From: Acidimicrobiia bacterium
Lineage (GTDB): Bacteria > Actinomycetota > Acidimicrobiia > Spongiisociales > ZC4RG35
Assembly: GCA_040878345.1 (NCBI GenBank)
Contig: JBBDML010000009.1
Span: forward strand, 42,693-106,692
Reading direction: 5' to 3'
DNA: 64,000 nt
Shown here: piece after piece, positions 60,641 to 64,000 of the stretch
How the letters are laid out: the number at the start of each line of letters is the position of its first letter
Numbering within the stretch: position 1 is the first letter of the stretch
The notes under the pieces: model-generated
Told to the model about the DNA's origin: nothing
Database searches by the model: none
Seen by the model: only the letters and a program-made list of their open reading frames with translations
Position numbers and translations under genes: made by a program

Positions 60641-60825
60641 GTGCCTGTGGCTCAACCGAACATTCGGTTCACGACCACGAGAGATTGAGCGTGCGCCAAT
60701 TTGCGGTCGGCAAGGAGTTCGAGTTCGAGCCACGGGGCCAGGTCCACCTCAAGGGATTCGAAGAGGCACAACTGGTCTGGAAGGCCACCAGGTCCCACGA
60801 GAGAACGCATTCGACAACTACCTAG
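60641..60825 (+). pseudogene. Internally deleted copy of the hydrolase-cyclase gene at 10122-11462
   Basis: 60641-60685 identical to 10122-10166; 60688-60815 matches 11325-11452 with 4 mismatches by eye. Confidence 0.9.
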
Positions 60826-60868
60826 AGTCCGGCGAGGCGACCACTCCGAGTCCCTCAGCGAAACGGAG

Positions 60869-61141
60869 TCACGGCACTTCCTCGAGCAGCCACGTGGCGT
60901 AGGCGCGCGGCCAAGACTTGTCGGGCTGCTCGGCGGTGTACCGGCGGTCGGCCTCGATCAGCCAATCCGTGAGCTCGTCTACCGTCATCTCGGAGTCCAG
61001 AAGCCGGTTCAGCTCGTGGATGGCATTGTTCGCGTACCACTCCGCCCATCTCGGGTTGGGCCCGCCGGTTGCGGCATGGTGGGCGCGAGCGGTTTCGACC
61101 AGGACGCCCATCAACTCGGTCGTCTTGTCGGCTTGGGTCAC
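60869..61141 (-). CDS. Small hypothetical helical protein
   Basis: ~90 aa with protein-like composition and repeated W-x-x-[WA]-Y-A motifs (WAEWYA, WPRAYA). Confidence 0.55.
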   Translation of the reverse strand: MTQADKTTELMGVLVETARAHHAATGGPNPRWAEWYANNAIHELNRLLDSEMTVDELTDWLIEADRRYTAEQPDKSWPRAYATWLLEEVP

Positions 61142-61529
61142 CGGCATTCAAGAGTATCAGTGAGGCATCTCGGGGCTGGTGATGCAGGTGGGCCGACTCG
61201 GATCTCGGCCAATCGATCGGACCGGGTCGGCCGCCTTGCTCAGATGTGTGCCGGGGAGGTGAGCTCCGCGAGCAGCAACTCGAGCTTGGCGACATCGACC
61301 ACCGCTAACGCGTCTACCGATGGCGCTCCTCACCGATCACGGACTACTAGAGCGACGAGGATGACCTCGACCTCATTGTGATAGTCCCAGTAGAGAGCAC
61401 CCTCGACGTCAGGACCAATCACTGTGATGATCCATGACCCGCCTCTGTCGCCCTCGATCCTCCCCTGACGTGCCCAATCGGAGGCATGGTCGATGAGCAA
61501 ACGCTTGATGACTCCATCAGAAGCCCACC

Positions 61530-62669
61530 TCAGAGCTGACTGAGGGCCCTCACAAGATCTGCGACGTCGTCTTCGTTGTTATAAGGGGCCAGAGATATTC
61601 GCAGTCGCCCGCCACGACCACCGGCAACGATGCCGACCGTCCTCAGGTGTCTTGTCACCTCCCTCGTGTCCATCCCGTCGTGGCTCAGCGAGATGATGTG
61701 ATCGGACGCCGAGGGGTCCACCAACTCTCGTAAGGGATGCCAGCCGTAGGGCCTCAGCTCGCCGACGAGCAGGCGGGCAAGGTCGGCGGCGGCTCGTTCG
61801 ATGTTGTCGAGGCCGGCATCGAGGAGCTGGTCGATGGCGGCGGTGAGACCCGCAGCCGACGCGTATGAGATGGTCGACTGGGTGTATCGACGAGCGTCAG
61901 GTGCCAGCAGGAGGCGGGTGGCGTCGAAGTCGAACGGTTCCGGGGCGGACATCCACCCAGGCAACGCCGGAGGCTCTTCGAGGAGTTGACGACTGATCAC
62001 CCCGATGGCCACACCACCGTGGCCGCCGAGCCACTTGTACCCACTCGAGACCACGACATCGGCGCCCCACGACCCCATCGGGCGGTTCGTCGCCCCGGCC
62101 TCCTGGGTGGCGTCTACCACCAGCCGGACCCCGGCTTGTGCGGTGGCCTCCCGCAGGCGGGGGATGTCGACGACCGTCCCGGTTGCATACTGGACAGAAC
62201 CGATGGTCACCACCGCGGTCTCTCCGTCTATCCGCTGGACCAGCTCACCGGTCAGATCGGAATCAGGGTCGTCATGGGCGAAGTCCACCCGGCAGCCGCC
62301 CCGCTCGGCCAACAGCAGCCAGGGGCGGGTCACCGCCGGGAAGTCGGTAGCCACCGCAACGATCTTGGCCCCTTCGGCCGGGGCGAGGATGAGAGGTAGC
62401 TGACCGAGTAGCTCACTGGCGCTGGCCAGGATGGCGACCTGCTCCGGGTCGCTCCTGAGCAGCTGAGCCGCCTTTGAGCGGAGGGCTTCGAGAAAGCCGG
62501 CCTCGTCTTCGTCGGGCATGTAGGTGTTGCCGTGACGACCCACATCTCCTAGGAACCCGGTCATCTCATCGACGGCGGGTTGGCCGATCAGACCGAGGGA
62601 GGCCTGATTCAGGTAGACGACATCGCGCAAGGTTGGGTAATCGCTTCGGTCGAACAGAGAAGAGCTCAC
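61530..62669 (-). CDS. PLP-dependent aminotransferase class V-fold enzyme
   Basis: YLNQAS, VDATQ, SSGYKWLGG, LRISLAPYN; lacks the cysteine-desulfurase catalytic Cys loop. Confidence 0.85.
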   Translation of the reverse strand: MSSSLFDRSDYPTLRDVVYLNQASLGLIGQPAVDEMTGFLGDVGRHGNTYMPDEDEAGFLEALRSKAAQLLRSDPEQVAILASASELLGQLPLILAPAEGAKIVAVATDFPAVTRPWLLLAERGGCRVDFAHDDPDSDLTGELVQRIDGETAVVTIGSVQYATGTVVDIPRLREATAQAGVRLVVDATQEAGATNRPMGSWGADVVVSSGYKWLGGHGGVAIGVISRQLLEEPPALPGWMSAPEPFDFDATRLLLAPDARRYTQSTISYASAAGLTAAIDQLLDAGLDNIERAAADLARLLVGELRPYGWHPLRELVDPSASDHIISLSHDGMDTREVTRHLRTVGIVAGGRGGRLRISLAPYNNEDDVADLVRALSQL

Positions 62670-62781
62670 CCGACTCCCTGCCTGGTTCGACCCACTGTAT
62701 GTGGGCAGCGCCAGCCCGAACGAACCATGTGCGCTTGGGAGGGAGAGGCGAGGTGCTGTTGGCTAGCGCCCCATTTCCAGG

Positions 62782-63166
62782 AGCCAAGAGGGGTTCGCCG
62801 TCACCCAGACCACCGTCTCCCGCGATCTGCGAGAGCTCGGGCTCAACAAGGTGCGCGCATCGAATGGGCATCTCGTCTACGTACAGGGGAGCGTCCCGAC
62901 CAGGATCAGCTGGCAGCCATGGCTCGGGCGCTGCAACGGTGGGCGCTTGCCATGGAGCCGAGTGGGAACATGGTGGTCATCCGCACTCCGAATGGCTACG
63001 CCGATCCCGTGGCCCAGGCCATCGACGAGTCGGGCCACCCCCATGTCCTAGGCACGGTGGCCGGGGAGAACACTGTGTGGTGATTGCCGTGGAGGGCGTC
63101 TCGGGGAGCAGGCTCGCCGACACCCTGGGTTCCATGGCTATAGGGAATCCCTTGACTCGTGCCTAG
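62782..63166 (+). pseudogene. argR: Arginine repressor pseudogene
   Basis: GFAVTQTTVSRDLRELGLNKVR (HTH); frameshift to SGNMVVIRTPNGYADPVAQAID...GTVAGENTV; second frameshift to VIAVEG; N-terminus absent. Confidence 0.8.
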
Positions 63167-63236
63167 GTGATTGGGTGCTACCCGGCTTCCACGCTGCCCA
63201 GTGACCTTGGTCGACCCATGTCGATATCCTCGCCAG

Positions 63237-63887
63237 GTGCCACCTCTGGTCGATCTCTCACATGTCATAGAGAACGGGATGACCACCTACCCCGGTCTTC
63301 CCGGCCCGACGATCACCGACCACTTGTCCCGGGAGGGCTCGAGGAAGAACTACGAAACGGGGACCGAGTTCAACATTGGCCGCATCAACATGGTGGCCAA
63401 CACCGGCACCTATCTCGACACGCCGTTCCACCGCTACCCCGACGGCTACGACCTCGCCGACCTGCCCCTCGAGCGTGTCACCGACCTCACCGGGCTCTGC
63501 ATCAAGGCCGAGTCCCAAGAGATCGGGCCTGGCTCTCTCACCGGCTTCGACCTTGCCGGCAAGGCCGTCTTGTTCGCCACCGGCTGGGATCGTCATTGGG
63601 GCACGGCCGCGTACGGCGACCCCAGCCACCCATACCTCTCCGAGACGACGGCGGAGCTTCTGGTCGCCGCTGGAGCCGCACTGGTGGGAATCGACTCGGT
63701 CAACATCGACGACACCCGGGGCGGGTCCCGTCCCGTGCACAGCCGACTCCTCGCCGCGGGGATCCCCATCGTGGAGCATCTGACCGGTCTTCAGGCTCTG
63801 CTCGGCACCGAGCTCCACTTCACCGCGGTGCCGGCTCCAGTTCGGGGCATGGGCACTTTCCCGGTCCGGGCATTCGCCGTCATCTAG
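63237..63887 (+). CDS. Cyclase/kynurenine formamidase family protein
   Basis: VDLSH, YPG, NTGTYLDTPFH, VGIDS, VHSRLL, IVEHL, PVRAFA. Confidence 0.85.
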   Translation: MPPLVDLSHVIENGMTTYPGLPGPTITDHLSREGSRKNYETGTEFNIGRINMVANTGTYLDTPFHRYPDGYDLADLPLERVTDLTGLCIKAESQEIGPGSLTGFDLAGKAVLFATGWDRHWGTAAYGDPSHPYLSETTAELLVAAGAALVGIDSVNIDDTRGGSRPVHSRLLAAGIPIVEHLTGLQALLGTELHFTAVPAPVRGMGTFPVRAFAVI

Positions 63888-63910
63888 AACAGATCCGCCC
63901 GGGCCCGGTG

Positions 63911-64000
63911 CTATCGAATCGCGTCGCCCGCCACGTCGGCGATGTAATTCACCAAGTGCTCATCCTCTGGAGCCTGCGGATAGGCGAGCCGGAACGCTCG
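63911..64000 (-). CDS. 3' end of an unidentified gene (runs off window)
   Basis: Reverse frame ...RAFRLAYPQAPEDEHLVNYIADVAGDAIR* converging on the cyclase-family gene. Confidence 0.35.
   Translation of the reverse strand, partial: RAFRLAYPQAPEDEHLVNYIADVAGDAIR

Noticed and set aside
61160-61525. Protein-like minus-strand fragment (...WIITVIGPDVEGALYWDYHNEVEVILVALVVRDR*)
   Set aside because: No start or family assignment; insufficient support

Overview
High-GC, actinobacterial-looking DNA (probably Acidimicrobiia; inferred from lipoprotein signals, an F420-type LLM enzyme and TANNNT promoters) consisting almost entirely of catabolic genes. (1) 1-9.7 kb: a GntR-linked module with a sugar-type ABC transporter, SDR, LLM oxidoreductase, aminotransferase, KDG kinase/KDPG aldolase and the start of a molybdo-hydroxylase FAD subunit gene. 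(2) About 11.7-57.5 kb: a ~46 kb catabolic island with two LacI regulators and about a dozen copies of a CAAWCGWTTG-type palindrome in its promoter regions. It encodes a Mo-hydroxylase large subunit, DHPON-type C-C hydrolases, two CocE/NonD hydrolases, two creatininases, three atypical M24-fold enzymes, two non-canonical DHDPS-family aldolases, a cyclodeaminase, ACMSD-like amidohydrolases, cupins and a split peptide-type ABC transporter. Most enzyme families occur as divergent paralog pairs, which suggests an uncharacterised pathway for an N-heterocyclic compound. (3) The island lies between two direct-orientation copies of an alpha/beta-hydrolase-adenylate cyclase gene, the right copy being internally deleted. 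Several deletion or frameshift scars (M24, cupin junction, FAH fragment, argR) and a two-copy ~50-bp palindromic element are present. I saw no rRNA, tRNA, CRISPR array, integrase or transposase. All function calls come from motif recognition by eye, without database searches.
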